Assembly: GCA_965218435.1 (NCBI GenBank)
Contig: CBDCKW010000009.1
Span: forward strand, 224,001-288,000
DNA: 64,000 nucleotides
Origin: Truepera sp.
GTDB taxonomy: Bacteria > Deinococcota > Deinococci > Deinococcales > Trueperaceae
Direction: 5' to 3'
Shown here piece by piece: positions 37,337 through 47,816 of this stretch (position 1 is the first letter of the stretch; every line of letters starts with the position of its first letter). The notes under the pieces were generated by a model. That model was not told the DNA's origin. It worked only from the letters and a program-made list of their open reading frames with translations, and searched no databases. The position numbers and the translations under genes were made by a program.

Positions 37337-39142
37337 CTACTCGCCGTCATATGTGACCGAGTTATCCTTAGTAGTTGATGCAGTATTCGGGTTCCCTGCC
37401 TTGTCAGTTGCCCTGGCTTCACCTATAAAGACTTTGATTGTCTCACCTTTTTTCATTCCAGCTATGGAAATAGTGTAAGTGGTGGGACCCCCTTGTAAAG
37501 AAGCATTAGCTGTTGTACTTCCTTCAATCGTCACATCGTCTCTTGCAAAGCCTAGTATTTCCTCACTAAAAGTAGCGGTAAATCTTATGGGGCTAGTGGT
37601 TGCAGGATCAACTTGTCCGTTGGCCTGTTTGATGGTTACACTCGGCGCAGTCGCGTCTACAGATCTGACTTCGACATTTACATCGTCAAAAACTGATTTG
37701 CCATTAGTGGCAGTTAACCTTAATGTATAGTTTCCGGCTTCCTCAAATGTAGCATTCGTGTCTTCTGAAATGGAGTCAGAGAAAACTACGTTTCCGGGGT
37801 TAGCACCAGTGGCTGTCCATCGATATGTTGTAGTACCAGTGGTAGGCTCATTTTCTGTACTAGCTTGTAGAGAGACCATTGCTAACCCCTGAGCGTTGAG
37901 CGTTACAGGTTCAACGGCTTCAATACTTACAGTAAATGCTGGTGTTTCGGTAACACCGCCAACCTTAACAGTTGCGGTTTTCGTCGTTGACGCTGAGCCG
38001 TTCTTCGCTGTGAGCGTGTAGGTCGTCGTCTTAGTTGGGCTGACAGACTTGCTCGTCGTACCTGTCACAGTTCCTACACCGTTACTGATACTGAGTGAGG
38101 TCACGGTGCCGGAAGTGCTCCATGAAAGCTTGCTGCTCTGACCACTGGTGATAGTTGACGGGTCAGCTTTGAATGAGTTGATTTTTGGTGCAGTCGGGCC
38201 TGGAGGTGTTACAGGAGGATTCGTGGGCGGCGGATTTGTAGGCGGCGGATTTGTAGGCGGCGGATTTGTAGGTGGTGGGTTGGTTGGCGGTGGTGTCGTC
38301 GAGCCCCCCACAGTGACATAGCCCCGTGGCGGCTGGTTATACGGGTCACCCCCAGCTGTATCAGCAATCCGGGTCCGCAACACATACGCAAACTCACCAC
38401 TGACACCCGGTAAAGCCGTGATGTTCGGCGTGCCCGCGGCAACCTTGATCGGATAAACACACGTGATCGAAGTCTGAGTCCCGTCTAGCGCACACCCGGT
38501 TGTCTCCGCATTTAACGTAAAGCCGTTGACATCGGTGTCTTGTACCAGGTCAGCCATGAAGTTTGCCGGACTACGGTTGGCTAAGTAGATGGTCACGCCG
38601 GTAACCGGGGCAGGGCCACTATAGGTAACTTGGGCGTAGAAGGTACCGCCGCTGGCAGGAACGTTGACGATTCGGGGGTCACCTGCTGTGATGCTGCCGT
38701 CGGCGTCACTCGTAAAGGGGCCGGTTTGTGACAAGCTGACGCCGAAAGAGACCGTCCGGCTCCCGTCCGTTGGGGGCGTGACGGGACCGCCGACGGTTAC
38801 GGTGGTCATCGCGTCGTCGCTGCCGCTGCTGTTGGTGGCCGTCAGGGTGTAGGTTGTCGTGGCGGTCGGGGTCACGGTGGTGCTCACACCACTGATCGAA
38901 CTGAGGTTGGTGCCGTCGCTGCCCTTTAGGCTGAGGCTGGTGGGGACGCCGGTAATGACCCAGTTAAGCGTGACCGGGGTACCGGCAGCGACGTTGGTTT
39001 GACTGGCGGTAAAGCTGGTGATTTGTGGTGCGCTGCTGTTATTACCGCCGCCCGAAACGCCGGGGCAGGCGGTCAAAAGAACCGTCAGCGCGGCGAATAG
39101 TAGCAGGGGCGCGAACCTGGCTAGCTTGTGTTTTGTGTGCAT
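37337..39142 (-). CDS. Modular surface lipoprotein B (N-terminal half as in A; different Ig/PKD-like tip)
   Basis: Lipobox LTAC; PPTN linker; C-terminal DATAPSVTI..FTATFSE..D.AGN Ig-like domain; GGAGG RBS. Confidence 0.88.
   Translation of the reverse strand: MHTKHKLARFAPLLLFAALTVLLTACPGVSGGGNNSSAPQITSFTASQTNVAAGTPVTLNWVITGVPTSLSLKGSDGTNLSSISGVSTTVTPTATTTYTLTATNSSGSDDAMTTVTVGGPVTPPTDGSRTVSFGVSLSQTGPFTSDADGSITAGDPRIVNVPASGGTFYAQVTYSGPAPVTGVTIYLANRSPANFMADLVQDTDVNGFTLNAETTGCALDGTQTSITCVYPIKVAAGTPNITALPGVSGEFAYVLRTRIADTAGGDPYNQPPRGYVTVGGSTTPPPTNPPPTNPPPTNPPPTNPPPTNPPVTPPGPTAPKINSFKADPSTITSGQSSKLSWSTSGTVTSLSISNGVGTVTGTTSKSVSPTKTTTYTLTAKNGSASTTKTATVKVGGVTETPAFTVSIEAVEPVTLNAQGLAMVSLQASTENEPTTGTTTYRWTATGANPGNVVFSDSISEDTNATFEEAGNYTLRLTATNGKSVFDDVNVEVRSVDATAPSVTIKQANGQVDPATTSPIRFTATFSEEILGFARDDVTIEGSTTANASLQGGPTTYTISIAGMKKGETIKVFIGEARATDKAGNPNTASTTKDNSVTYDGE
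38292..39047. repeat. Direct repeat copy 2 (756 bp)
   Basis: Matches 32332-33087. Confidence 0.95.
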
Positions 39143-39355
39143 CTCTCCTCCAGAGTGTTGGGGTCAACCTTTACGGTTGCCGGTCAAACCTTTGCGGTGC
39201 TGCTCTATCATATAACACAAAAATACTTAACTAAAGCTTAATGCTGGGGATGAAGAGCTGACTGGGGCGTATTGCTGCGGCGTAGCACCGGCGTGACGCG
39301 GCAAATGGATGATAACTGACAACGTGATGGCAGGGCCGTCGTAAAGTAAAGCTTC

Positions 39356-40249
39356 ATGAACGTCGCCCTGTTCGCCCTGTTGGTCTTGGTCGTGCTCCTG
39401 ATTCAGGGGGTGTTAGAACCGTACCGGTTGGTAACTGACGCGGTTGACGGGCCGGTACCGGGTTTGCCGGAAAGTTGGCAGGGGGCGCGGGTGGTGCTGC
39501 TGGCAGACTTTCAGGTCGGGCTCTTTATGGACAACCGCGCGACGGTGCGGCGGGCGGTCAGGCGTACGGTGGCGCTGCGGCCCGAGCTGGTTTTACTCGC
39601 CGGAGACTTTATCCACGACACGGCGCGGGGCATCAAACCGGTGACGGAGATTTTAGCGCCGCTGGTTAAGGCCGGGATTCCGACCTTTGCGGTGTTGGGC
39701 AACCACGACTACGCGATGCCGACCGCTAGAGACCCCGAAAACCGGGCGCTGGCAGAAAAGTTAGAGCGTGCGCTAGAAGCTATGGGGATTCGGGTACTGC
39801 ATAATCAGAGTGTCGCTTTAGAAAAACAGGGGGAGACGCTCTATTTGGTAGGTATCGGCTCGCACGTGCCAGATGATGACGACCCTGAGCAGGCGTTTAC
39901 GGCGGTGCCTGCGGGTGCGCCGCGCCTGGTGCTGATGCACCATCCCGACACCTACGCGGAGATTTTGCCGCACCGAGCGCCGCTGGCGTTTGCCGGACAC
40001 ACCCACGGCGGGCAGGTGCGGCTGCCGTTTGCGTCCGGGCGTTCGCTCCTGACCTGGCTCCGTGACGGGCAAAACTACAACGCGGACTGGGCCAAGCGGT
40101 ACGGCAAGGCCGGGAACCGGCTCTACATCACGCGGGGGATTGGCTGCAGCGTCGCGCCGATAAGGTTAAATTGTCCACCCGAACTGACGCTGATCACCCT
40201 GAAACGCCCTGAAGACGCCGAAGGGGTGCCGGTCTCGAGCGCAGATTAA
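39356..40249 (+). CDS. Metallophosphoesterase (YkuE/YaeI-like)
   Basis: ADFQ, AGDF, LGNHDY, LMHHPD, GHTHGGQ, RLNCPPE. Confidence 0.94.
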   Translation: MNVALFALLVLVVLLIQGVLEPYRLVTDAVDGPVPGLPESWQGARVVLLADFQVGLFMDNRATVRRAVRRTVALRPELVLLAGDFIHDTARGIKPVTEILAPLVKAGIPTFAVLGNHDYAMPTARDPENRALAEKLERALEAMGIRVLHNQSVALEKQGETLYLVGIGSHVPDDDDPEQAFTAVPAGAPRLVLMHHPDTYAEILPHRAPLAFAGHTHGGQVRLPFASGRSLLTWLRDGQNYNADWAKRYGKAGNRLYITRGIGCSVAPIRLNCPPELTLITLKRPEDAEGVPVSSAD

Positions 40250-40252
40250 AAA

Positions 40253-40289
40253 CCGAGCCGAGCGGTTTTAGCTGGCGGCTGAGCTGTTC
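40253..40289. terminator. Stem-loop downstream of the metallophosphoesterase gene
   Basis: CCGAGCCGA starting 3 bp after the stop pairs with TCGGCTCGG near 40291-40299. Confidence 0.4.
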
Positions 40290-40324
40290 ATCGGCTCGGG
40301 CCGTACGTCGGATACTTTTACTAT

Positions 40325-40402
40325 AGCAGGTATCATCTGGTCGGCAACGCTCTCAATCTGAGTTCAGCTGACCAGCACGCACATTCTGCGATGATACTGG
40401 TG
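40325..40402 (+). repeat. Dispersed palindromic repeat copy
   Basis: AGCAGGTATCATCTGG-N31-CCAGCACGCACATT, shared with the copy at 48241; homologous to 19372-19449. Confidence 0.85.
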
Positions 40403-40429
40403 GCAACCTCTCATGGAAATGCTACTACG

Positions 40430-40698
40430 CTGTTTAAGTTCTCCCTTTAACTGCCCCAGGGTACATTTGGGGAGTCGCGGACAGATTACGAACGCGCGTT
40501 GCGTAAACGGTTTTTGGGTTGCCGAAGCGTCGTTTCCGGGTGCCGGTAACGCACCTGTTTAAGCTCACGCTCTGTTTTACCAGGTGCAGTCCAGACTCGC
40601 GGCGTTATTTTTTAGACGTATCCGGCGATCACCTCGGCGTCGCGTTTGTCCGTTTTGTTGCGTCTGAGTTGACCCGTAGCGAAGCCCTTCACTTTGGC
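40430..40698 (-). mobile_element. IS110-family transposase remnant
   Basis: Manual translation AKVKGFATGQLRRNKTDKRDAEVIAGYV*KITPRVWTAP..ERELK..QPKNRL contains the KTDxxDA motif; in-frame stops, no start codon. Confidence 0.75.
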
Positions 40699-40708
40699 TA
40701 TAAAGCCT

Positions 40709-41383
40709 CTACCGTGGTTTGACAACGACACGGCGGTTTTTGCCTTCACCCGACGACTCGCTGTCAACGGCGGGGTCATCGGCCAGGGTCATGTGAATCA
40801 CGCGGCGCTCAGCGGCACTCATAGGCTCGAGTTCCACGGCAAACCCTGTTTTACGCGCCCGCGCCGCAGCTTTAAGCGCGACGCCGCGTAACCTTTCATC
40901 ACGCCGCACTTTGTAACCGCCGACATCAACCGAGACGCGGACATGCGGCTCAGACTCGTCGCGGTTGACGACCGCGTTGGTCAGGTACTCGAGGGCTACG
41001 AGCGTCCGGCCCCCGCGCCCGATAAGCTTGCCCGAATCACCGCCGTAAATATCGGCTTGCAAACCGCCCTCAACCTCGCGCACTTCAGCGGCGTAACCGG
41101 GGTCTAAGTTCAGCAGCAAACCGACCAAAAACGATTCGCAGCGCCCCAACTGTCCCTCGCCGGTTGCCGGTGGTACCTGCAGTACCGCGCTGACCTCACG
41201 TGACGTGGCGTCGGTAACAGCGGCAACCTCAGCTTTAGAAACTGCAGGGGGCGGTGAAGACGCGTCGTCCTCACCGGTTGCAATCCCGAGGTCGCTCAGA
41301 TATTTATCGAGTTCACTGTTCTCGAGGTCGCTGTTCTCGAGGTCACTGTTCTCGAGGTCATTATGGGTCTCGTCTTCAGCCAC
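40709..41383 (-). CDS. jag: Jag/KhpB (EloR)-type KH plus R3H RNA-binding protein
   Basis: LIGRGGRTL.ALEYL, LEPMSAAERRVIH, SESSGEG..RRVV; downstream of yidC. Confidence 0.9.
   Translation of the reverse strand: MAEDETHNDLENSDLENSDLENSELDKYLSDLGIATGEDDASSPPPAVSKAEVAAVTDATSREVSAVLQVPPATGEGQLGRCESFLVGLLLNLDPGYAAEVREVEGGLQADIYGGDSGKLIGRGGRTLVALEYLTNAVVNRDESEPHVRVSVDVGGYKVRRDERLRGVALKAAARARKTGFAVELEPMSAAERRVIHMTLADDPAVDSESSGEGKNRRVVVKPR
41316..41360. repeat. Three-copy 15-bp tandem repeat (DLENS) in the jag N-terminus
   Basis: CTGTTCTCGAGGTC(G/A) three times. Confidence 0.9.
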
Positions 41384-41391
41384 GGTTCCCC

Positions 41392-43047
41392 TTACTTCGC
41401 TTTAGCTTTTTTCGCTTTGGGTTTGCTCCGGGTTTTCTGGTTTTTCGGCCCGGCTTTCACCGCAGCTGGCGTCGGTACCGGGGTAAGCCCAGTTGCAGCG
41501 ACCGGTGTCGGTGCGGACAGCGAACGCTGAATCAAAAACTGCTGAGTCACCTGAACGAGCATCGAAGTAATCAGGTAAAGCGTCACCCCTGCCGGAAAGC
41601 TGAAGGCGAAAAACACGAAGACACCGCTGATCAGGAGCTGCTGCTGCAAGGTTTGCCGGTTACCTTTTGACGATACGAACGCCTGCGCGACCATGATCGC
41701 AACGTAAAGAATCGGCAGCAGATAGATCGGGTCGTTAAGGCCCAGGTCGGGAATCCACAAAAACCCTTGGTTAAACTCGAAGTTGATAAAGACGCGCCAC
41801 AAGATGATAAAGATGGGCATCTGCACAACTGCCGGTAAACAGCCCCCGGCCGGGTTGACGCCCGCCTCTTTATAGAGCGCCATCGTCTCTTGGGTGAGTT
41901 TTTCGCGGTCGTCTTTATACTTAGCTTGCAGCTCTTTAATTCTAGGCTGGATGTTTTGCATCCCGACCATAGACTTCATCTGCGTGTGAATCAGCGGCCA
42001 GACGAGCAACCGGAAGGTCAAAGTCAGCAAGATAATCGACAAACCCCACGACCCGATAACGCCGTGAATCGCCCGCAACACGACGATAATCCCGAGTGAC
42101 AAGCGGCCTAAGATATTGGGGTTAAAAAGGCCGGGTAAGTCGAGATAGTCCTCTTGTAAAAAGTGAACCATCTCGTTGGGACCGGCGTAAACTTGCAGCT
42201 CTAAAGACGTTTCAGCGCCTCTAGCTGCGCCTAGAGTTTTACCCATGGCAATCTGCGCAGCTGCTAACGGCTCAGCGACCAGCGCCTTGCCCCCGGCTCC
42301 CTTGACGTTGGGGTTGGGGCGAATCACCAGCGCCGTACCGGTGTTGCGGTTGTTGGCCTGAAGCGAGATATAACTCGGATTCGCCACCTCTTTTTGCGGC
42401 GGGTTTAGGGTAAAGGTGTCGCCCTGGCCGAGCTTGATGACCGGCGCAACTTGTTTGGCGATGCCGGGATAGGCAAACTGCACGAGTGTTTCGCCCTGTG
42501 CGGGCGCGGCGCGGCGCAGTTTGAGCGAGACCCCGATAGAGTTGCGAACGGCGCTGATTAAGATGGTCTTTTCAACCTGGACGCCCCCGACCCGGTAGTT
42601 AAAGGTACCCTCGAGCGCCGGTGCGTCGTCAAAGCGTTTTTCTACCCAGTTGCCTTTGACATCTTTTGGAGCCTGGTACTTGCCGTTTAAGAGGAGTGCC
42701 CCACCGGGAATATCGGAGGTGGCGGGGATGAGGTTTTGCCGACCGTCAAAGGCGTAGTTGCCGCCGAAATCTTGCCCCCGCTGCGCCCGGTAGTAGTACG
42801 CGAGCACCTCACCACTCGGGCTAAAAAGGTAATCCACGCCCTTTGAGGTCACGAGTTTAAGCGCCTTATTCTGCTTGTCACACCAAAACGAGGTCGCCTT
42901 AGGGGTACACAGCTCTTTTAAGGCTGCGGCGTTGTTAAAGTCAGCGGGCTTAAAGTCCCGGATGCCGAAACTTACACGGGCAAAGCCTGCGGTAGAAAAA
43001 ACTGCGCAGAGACCGACGACTAGAGCGAACAAAAACTTACGGTTCAA
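41392..43047 (-). CDS. yidC: Membrane protein insertase YidC
   Basis: [49 protein letters not shown] start after GGAGG. Confidence 0.96.
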   Translation of the reverse strand: MNRKFLFALVVGLCAVFSTAGFARVSFGIRDFKPADFNNAAALKELCTPKATSFWCDKQNKALKLVTSKGVDYLFSPSGEVLAYYYRAQRGQDFGGNYAFDGRQNLIPATSDIPGGALLLNGKYQAPKDVKGNWVEKRFDDAPALEGTFNYRVGGVQVEKTILISAVRNSIGVSLKLRRAAPAQGETLVQFAYPGIAKQVAPVIKLGQGDTFTLNPPQKEVANPSYISLQANNRNTGTALVIRPNPNVKGAGGKALVAEPLAAAQIAMGKTLGAARGAETSLELQVYAGPNEMVHFLQEDYLDLPGLFNPNILGRLSLGIIVVLRAIHGVIGSWGLSIILLTLTFRLLVWPLIHTQMKSMVGMQNIQPRIKELQAKYKDDREKLTQETMALYKEAGVNPAGGCLPAVVQMPIFIILWRVFINFEFNQGFLWIPDLGLNDPIYLLPILYVAIMVAQAFVSSKGNRQTLQQQLLISGVFVFFAFSFPAGVTLYLITSMLVQVTQQFLIQRSLSAPTPVAATGLTPVPTPAAVKAGPKNQKTRSKPKAKKAKAK

Positions 43048-43334
43048 GATGCCTCCGAGGAGCGGGGTGGAACAGGGTCGTAGCCGCCCGGATGAAACGG
43101 ATGGCATTTGAGGAGCCTTACAGTTGCTAAAAAAAGTCCGTAGAGGACGCCGTGAGTACGGATGGCTTGGGCCGCGTAGTGGCTACAACTTGGGGTAAAG
43201 CGGCAGGTCGGCGCAGCTTTAAGCGGTGATAAAAAACGGCGATAAAAATAGATAGGGGCTAAGACAACCGTCTGTAAGACGCTCAGTTTGGCGTCAGCAG
43301 TTGCGGTATCTGCTGGGTGTATAGAAGCTTTCAT
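43044..43334 (-). CDS. yidD: Membrane protein insertion efficiency factor
   Basis: [28 protein letters not shown]. Confidence 0.96.
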   Translation of the reverse strand: MKASIHPADTATADAKLSVLQTVVLAPIYFYRRFLSPLKAAPTCRFTPSCSHYAAQAIRTHGVLYGLFLATVRLLKCHPFHPGGYDPVPPRSSEAS

Positions 43335-43678
43335 AACGCTTGACCTTTACGGAGTGCGTGCTCGAGCGCCCGCTTGAGTTGCCAGTAGTCGGCTTCGGCG
43401 GCTTCCGGTTTGGCAATAACAACCAGTTCAAAAGCAGGCTTAACTTCTGCGTCTACCAAACCTGCGTCCGTCAAAATAGCCTTAAGTCCTTCTTTAAGGC
43501 GGCGGCGGACCCGGTTACGTGTGACCGCTTTACCGACTTTTTTGCTAACGACAATGCCGACGTGGATACCTTCGCGTGCAGGACGCCAACGCAGGCTTAA
43601 AAGCCGAGCATGTCCGGCTTTGCCGCGCCGCAAACGCCTAAAGGCGCGGTCACCCTTAAGTGACTGGATGACCGACAT
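43331..43678 (-). CDS. rnpA: Ribonuclease P protein component
   Basis: [23 protein letters not shown]. Confidence 0.96.
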   Translation of the reverse strand: MSVIQSLKGDRAFRRLRRGKAGHARLLSLRWRPAREGIHVGIVVSKKVGKAVTRNRVRRRLKEGLKAILTDAGLVDAEVKPAFELVVIAKPEAAEADYWQLKRALEHALRKGQAL

Positions 43679-43698
43679 AAAGGCTACCGGGCGGGTAC

Positions 43699-43842
43699 TT
43701 ACTCGTCCGAAACGGAGAGCTTGGTACGGCCTTTGGCGCGGCGACGGCGGATGACGTTGCGGCCTCCGGGGGTCTTCATCCGGACGCGAAACCCGTGGGT
43801 TTTGGCGCGTTTACGCTTGTTGGGTTGATACGTGCGTTTCAT
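43699..43842 (-). CDS. rpmH: 50S ribosomal protein L34
   Basis: Below the ORF-track length cutoff; [47 protein letters not shown]. Confidence 0.98.
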   Translation of the reverse strand: MKRTYQPNKRKRAKTHGFRVRMKTPGGRNVIRRRRAKGRTKLSVSDE

Positions 43843-43966
43843 GGTACTCCTTCGCAACTTTTATAACGGCGTAGCGGGAGCCGGACTCGGCCGCGCCGCT
43901 ACAAGACGTAGAAGCATATCACAAACGGCCGCAGCCATGCTAGGTGAGGCGAGCACGTTTAGAAGC

Positions 43967-44521
43967 TCAGAGCCTGAGGTCATCAAACTCTTCTCGGGTC
44001 AGGCCGTAGTAAAGTTCGTCGTGCAACGCGCCCTTGGTATAGACCGTGCGCCGGAGGCGACCCTCGAGCTTAAATCCCAAACTTTCGTGTAGCTGCTGCG
44101 AACGCTCATTAAATGAATAGACGATAACCGTGGCCTTTTGGTAGCGCAGCTCATAAAAGTAGTAACGCAAGACGATACGGACGGCTTCACGGGCGTAACC
44201 CTGTCGCCTCTGCTCCTGAAAGATGACTACAGCGTATTTGAAAGCTCCTATGCGCGAATCGCAATCAAACGTGTTGATATTGCCAACACGCTTGCCCTCA
44301 AGATTGCAAATCACCCAGAAAAATGTATCGCTCTTAGCTTCACGTGCAGCGAGTTGCTCGAGCAGTTCACGGTGCTGTATACGAGAAGCGGGAAAGTAGA
44401 TGCGGTCCTCGAAACGTTCGGCTTCGGTGTCGCTAGGCAACGTTCCTGCTTCTGCCGCCTCGAAATCTTCAACCTCGAGGGCGCGTAACTGTACCTTTTC
44501 ACCCCGCCAAAAGTTAGTCAT
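43967..44521 (-). CDS. RimJ/RimL-type GNAT acetyltransferase
   Basis: RRQGYAREA, FNERSQQLHESLGFKLEGRLR; ATGA-coupled to gatA. Confidence 0.92.
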   Translation of the reverse strand: MTNFWRGEKVQLRALEVEDFEAAEAGTLPSDTEAERFEDRIYFPASRIQHRELLEQLAAREAKSDTFFWVICNLEGKRVGNINTFDCDSRIGAFKYAVVIFQEQRRQGYAREAVRIVLRYYFYELRYQKATVIVYSFNERSQQLHESLGFKLEGRLRRTVYTKGALHDELYYGLTREEFDDLRL

Positions 44522-45975
44522 AAGGCGTAGCCAGGCGCTACAGGTGAAAAATTCTCTCCCGCAGCGGCCTCGAGCGCCCCCGCAACCCTTAAGAGCCTCG
44601 CGTCTTCTAAAGTCGGAGCCAAAAACTGCATTCCGCACGGCAATCCGTCCTCAGCTATCCCTGCCGGAACACTGATGGCCGGAACGCCTACCAAGTTCGC
44701 CAAAACTGTATCTATGTCTCCCAAATACATAGCGAGTGGGTCGTCTACCTTGTTGCCCAAGCGGTACGCGCCCGTCGGAGCGGTCGGCGTCAGCAAAAGG
44801 TCGTAAGTGTCAAAAGCACGGGCCATATCGTCTGCGATCAGGCGGCGCACCTTGAGGGCTTTGCCGTAGTAGGCGTCGTAGTATCCGGCGGAGAGGGCGT
44901 AGGTCCCCATCAGGATACGGCGGCGCACCTCGGGGCCGAAACTCTCACCCCTCGAGCGCATCATCACCTCAGCTTGCCCGAGTTTATCTTCACCGCTGCG
45001 GTGGCTGTAGACCATCCCGTCAAAGCGGGCCAGATTCGATGACGCTTCGGCCGGAGCCACCAGATAGTAGGCCGCCGTGCCGTAGGGAGCGTGCGGCAAC
45101 GAGACTTCACCGACTTCAGCGCCCAGGTCTCGCAACACCTTTTCAGTACGCGCCAAAGCTTCCAAAACCCCGGCGCTGTTGCCTTCACCGCAAAGCTCGG
45201 TGACTTTACCGATACGGACGCCGCTCAGGTCACCTGACGTAAACGCACCCTCGAGGTCGGGCGCAGTCGGCAAGCTCGTCGCGTCGCACGGATCATGGCC
45301 GAACATCACTGAGAGGGCGAGCGCGAGGTCACGGGTACTCCGCGTCAACACGCCGACTTGCTCTAAAGAACTTGCAAAAGCGATCACGCCGTAACGGGAC
45401 AACGCCCCATAGGTTGGCTTAAAACCCAACACGCCCGTAAAACTCGCGGGTTGCCGCACTGAGCCGCCGGTATCGGTGCCGAGAGCAAGTGGGACGATAC
45501 CCGCCGCGACCGCCGCCGCCGAGCCACCCGACGAGCCGCCCGGAACATAGGCCGGATTCCACGGGTTATGCACCGGGCCGTACGCCGAGTTTTCGTTTGA
45601 GCTGCCCATGCCGAACTCGTCTAAGTTGGTTTTACCGATAACGACGGCTCCGGCTGCCCCCAACCGCGCCACGACCGTCGCGTTATAGGGCGGGACAAAC
45701 GTGTCTAAACTCTTCGATCCCGCTGTCGTTCGGACATTCAGCGTGCAGATATTGTCTTTAATGGCGACCGGGACACCGGCCAAAGGGCCGAGTGCTTCAC
45801 CGGCGTCTCGCCTAGCGTCGAGGGCTCGAGCCCGTTCTACCGCCTCCGGTAACAGGGTGATAAACGCGCCTAGTGAGGCTGCCGCTTCTGCCCTGGCGAG
45901 TGCGCCGCGTACCACCTCCTCCGCACTCAACGCACCCGCTTGTACTGCCGCCGCCGTTTCCGAAGCCGTCATCAT
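44518..45975 (-). CDS. gatA: Asp/Glu-tRNA amidotransferase subunit A
   Basis: [58 protein letters not shown]. Confidence 0.97.
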   Translation of the reverse strand: MMTASETAAAVQAGALSAEEVVRGALARAEAAASLGAFITLLPEAVERARALDARRDAGEALGPLAGVPVAIKDNICTLNVRTTAGSKSLDTFVPPYNATVVARLGAAGAVVIGKTNLDEFGMGSSNENSAYGPVHNPWNPAYVPGGSSGGSAAAVAAGIVPLALGTDTGGSVRQPASFTGVLGFKPTYGALSRYGVIAFASSLEQVGVLTRSTRDLALALSVMFGHDPCDATSLPTAPDLEGAFTSGDLSGVRIGKVTELCGEGNSAGVLEALARTEKVLRDLGAEVGEVSLPHAPYGTAAYYLVAPAEASSNLARFDGMVYSHRSGEDKLGQAEVMMRSRGESFGPEVRRRILMGTYALSAGYYDAYYGKALKVRRLIADDMARAFDTYDLLLTPTAPTGAYRLGNKVDDPLAMYLGDIDTVLANLVGVPAISVPAGIAEDGLPCGMQFLAPTLEDARLLRVAGALEAAAGENFSPVAPGYAL

Positions 45976-46042
45976 AAGCTGCAGCATAACGTGTTGTGCT
46001 CGAGCCGCGCTCAATCACCGTCCGTCAGCCTACGCGCACCTA

Positions 46043-46558
46043 TCAGCAGTCGAACACCGACCAGCAGATATCGTTGCGTAACCGCTGATCGTCCAAGACG
46101 AGTTCACGAACCTCTTCCGGCAGCCTGTCGCGCTGCCAGCGGCACTCGAGCAGGCCGGTGCGCTCGCCCTCGCCTTCAGGCGCAGCCGCGCACGCGGCCT
46201 TGATCGCGTAGGCCGCCGCGCCGAGTTCGTGCGCGGCGACGTGCGCCGTCACCGCCGCTTGACCGGCAGCGTAGGCGGCGTGCCGAGCAGCTCCCTTCAG
46301 CGGTCTCGCAGCAGACATGGCGCGGCCACCCGCCGCCCGCGTCTCCATCATCTTCGTCTCGCCGCGAGCCCATGCCCGAAGCTGCTTTATGGCCTGACGG
46401 GGCCGTGGGTCTGCGGGCTGCGCCGCCTCGAAGTGGTGCAAAACGTGCTCGGCGCACGTGGCTGCCCACAACGCCAGGAGCCGATGGTCGGCGTCGGTGA
46501 GCGTTCCCCCACGGCGGAGGGTGATAAAGCGAGGGTCGCGGACTTTAGGAAGGATCAT
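46043..46558 (-). CDS. Conserved Ala-rich helical protein (Imm5-like putative immunity family)
   Basis: LALWAATCAEHVL..F..D.RPRQAI, AAGQAAVTAHVAAH, ECRWQ. Confidence 0.75.
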   Translation of the reverse strand: MILPKVRDPRFITLRRGGTLTDADHRLLALWAATCAEHVLHHFEAAQPADPRPRQAIKQLRAWARGETKMMETRAAGGRAMSAARPLKGAARHAAYAAGQAAVTAHVAAHELGAAAYAIKAACAAAPEGEGERTGLLECRWQRDRLPEEVRELVLDDQRLRNDICWSVFDC

Positions 46559-46837
46559 GCTGCACCTTTCAGGAACACAGATTTTACATTCTTTACCTCT
46601 AGCAAAGAGCAACTGGTCGGCAGGTGTAAGCTTCGAGCAACGCTCGGAGACGACGTTTTGTAAAGCACCGCGCTCAGACTATGTTTGAGGAGCACGTACA
46701 TTTTATGATGATGCCTGGGGCAAGCTCTTATGGGAATGCTATCTCATCTCCAGGGTAATTCGTTCGTGTAATGAAGGGAGACCTGTCCTGCTTGCTTGGC
46801 CCGACAAAGGCGTAAGCCGCACGCTATACTCAGCTAA

Positions 46838-47785
46838 ATGTCCACGTTGCCTCCGCGCCTCACGCTCGCCGGTGACAGCAGCCCCGGCATGGTGCGCGAG
46901 ACGAATCAGGACAGCTTTTTTTTAGACATGACCCCGCAGGGTGCGCTCGCGCTCGTTGCTGACGGGATGGGCGGCCACGTCAGTGGTGAACTCGCCAGCC
47001 GTAAAGCTAGGGACGCGCTCGTCCAAGCTCTTAAAGGCGGGTCTAAATATCCCCCCCTGGCGATGGCTCAGGCGGTGGGGCGGGCCAACCTGGACATCTT
47101 TGATTACGCGGCGGCGCATCCCGAAGATCACGGGATGGGCACGACGCTGACAGTCGCGGTGATTGATGACCACATCGCCGTCATCGGGCACGTCGGGGAC
47201 TCGCGGGCGTATCTCATCCGGGACGGCGTCATCACCCAACTCACCCGCGACCACTCGTGGGTAGCCGACCGGGTGCGGCAGGGACTCCTCAGTCAAGACG
47301 AGGCGAAGCGGCATCAGTGGCGTAATATCATTACCAATTCGGTCGGGACACAACCCGAAGTGAGGCTCGAGCTTTCGGCCTTAACCCTACAACCCGGCGA
47401 CAAACTGCTGCTCTGCACCGACGGCCTTACCCTTCTTTTACCAGACGATGCGCTCTTACAGGTGTTGGAGCGAACCCCGCCCGAAGAAGCCGCCCACGAA
47501 CTTGTACGCCGCGCCAACGAACGCGGGAGTCCCGATAATGTCACGGCGCTCGTTTTAGCAGTTAAAGAGGTGATCGCGCAACCCAAAATCTATGCGCTGC
47601 CCGCTGAAACGCCCGTGTCGGTCACACTTGGTGAAGGTGCTGCAGGCTTGAGCACGGTTGAACAGGCTTTTTCGTATCAGAGCCGTTCAGCGTGGTTACA
47701 GCGGCACTCATTTTGGCCTTACCGCTGGTGGCTGTTAGGCTGTCTCGCGCTCGTCGTCCTATTCATCTTTTTCAGCTTTCGCTAA
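46838..47785 (+). CDS. PP2C-family Ser/Thr phosphatase with C-terminal TM segment
   Basis: RETNQD, VADGMGG, GMGTT, HVGDSRAY, LCTDGL, PDNVT. Confidence 0.96.
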   Translation: MSTLPPRLTLAGDSSPGMVRETNQDSFFLDMTPQGALALVADGMGGHVSGELASRKARDALVQALKGGSKYPPLAMAQAVGRANLDIFDYAAAHPEDHGMGTTLTVAVIDDHIAVIGHVGDSRAYLIRDGVITQLTRDHSWVADRVRQGLLSQDEAKRHQWRNIITNSVGTQPEVRLELSALTLQPGDKLLLCTDGLTLLLPDDALLQVLERTPPEEAAHELVRRANERGSPDNVTALVLAVKEVIAQPKIYALPAETPVSVTLGEGAAGLSTVEQAFSYQSRSAWLQRHSFWPYRWWLLGCLALVVLFIFFSFR

Positions 47786-47816
47786 AGCCAAACGCCGATG
47801 GGCGGTATCATAAGCT

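Noticed and set aside
40325..40385. Conserved blocks around a 31-nt middle read as a mini-CRISPR
   Set aside because: The two blocks differ from each other, and the middles are partly homologous between copies
40385..40415. TSIIAE on the - strand as a continuation of the IS110 transposase
   Set aside because: The same bases align with the mrp-internal repeat copy, so they are better explained as part of the repeat
43843..43966. oriC or dnaA expected upstream of rpmH
   Set aside because: No dnaA gene and no DnaA-box cluster; a GNAT gene and gatA lie there instead
46043..46558. Imm5-like gene as part of a polymorphic toxin locus
   Set aside because: No adjacent toxin or secretion genes; it appears to be a stand-alone insertion
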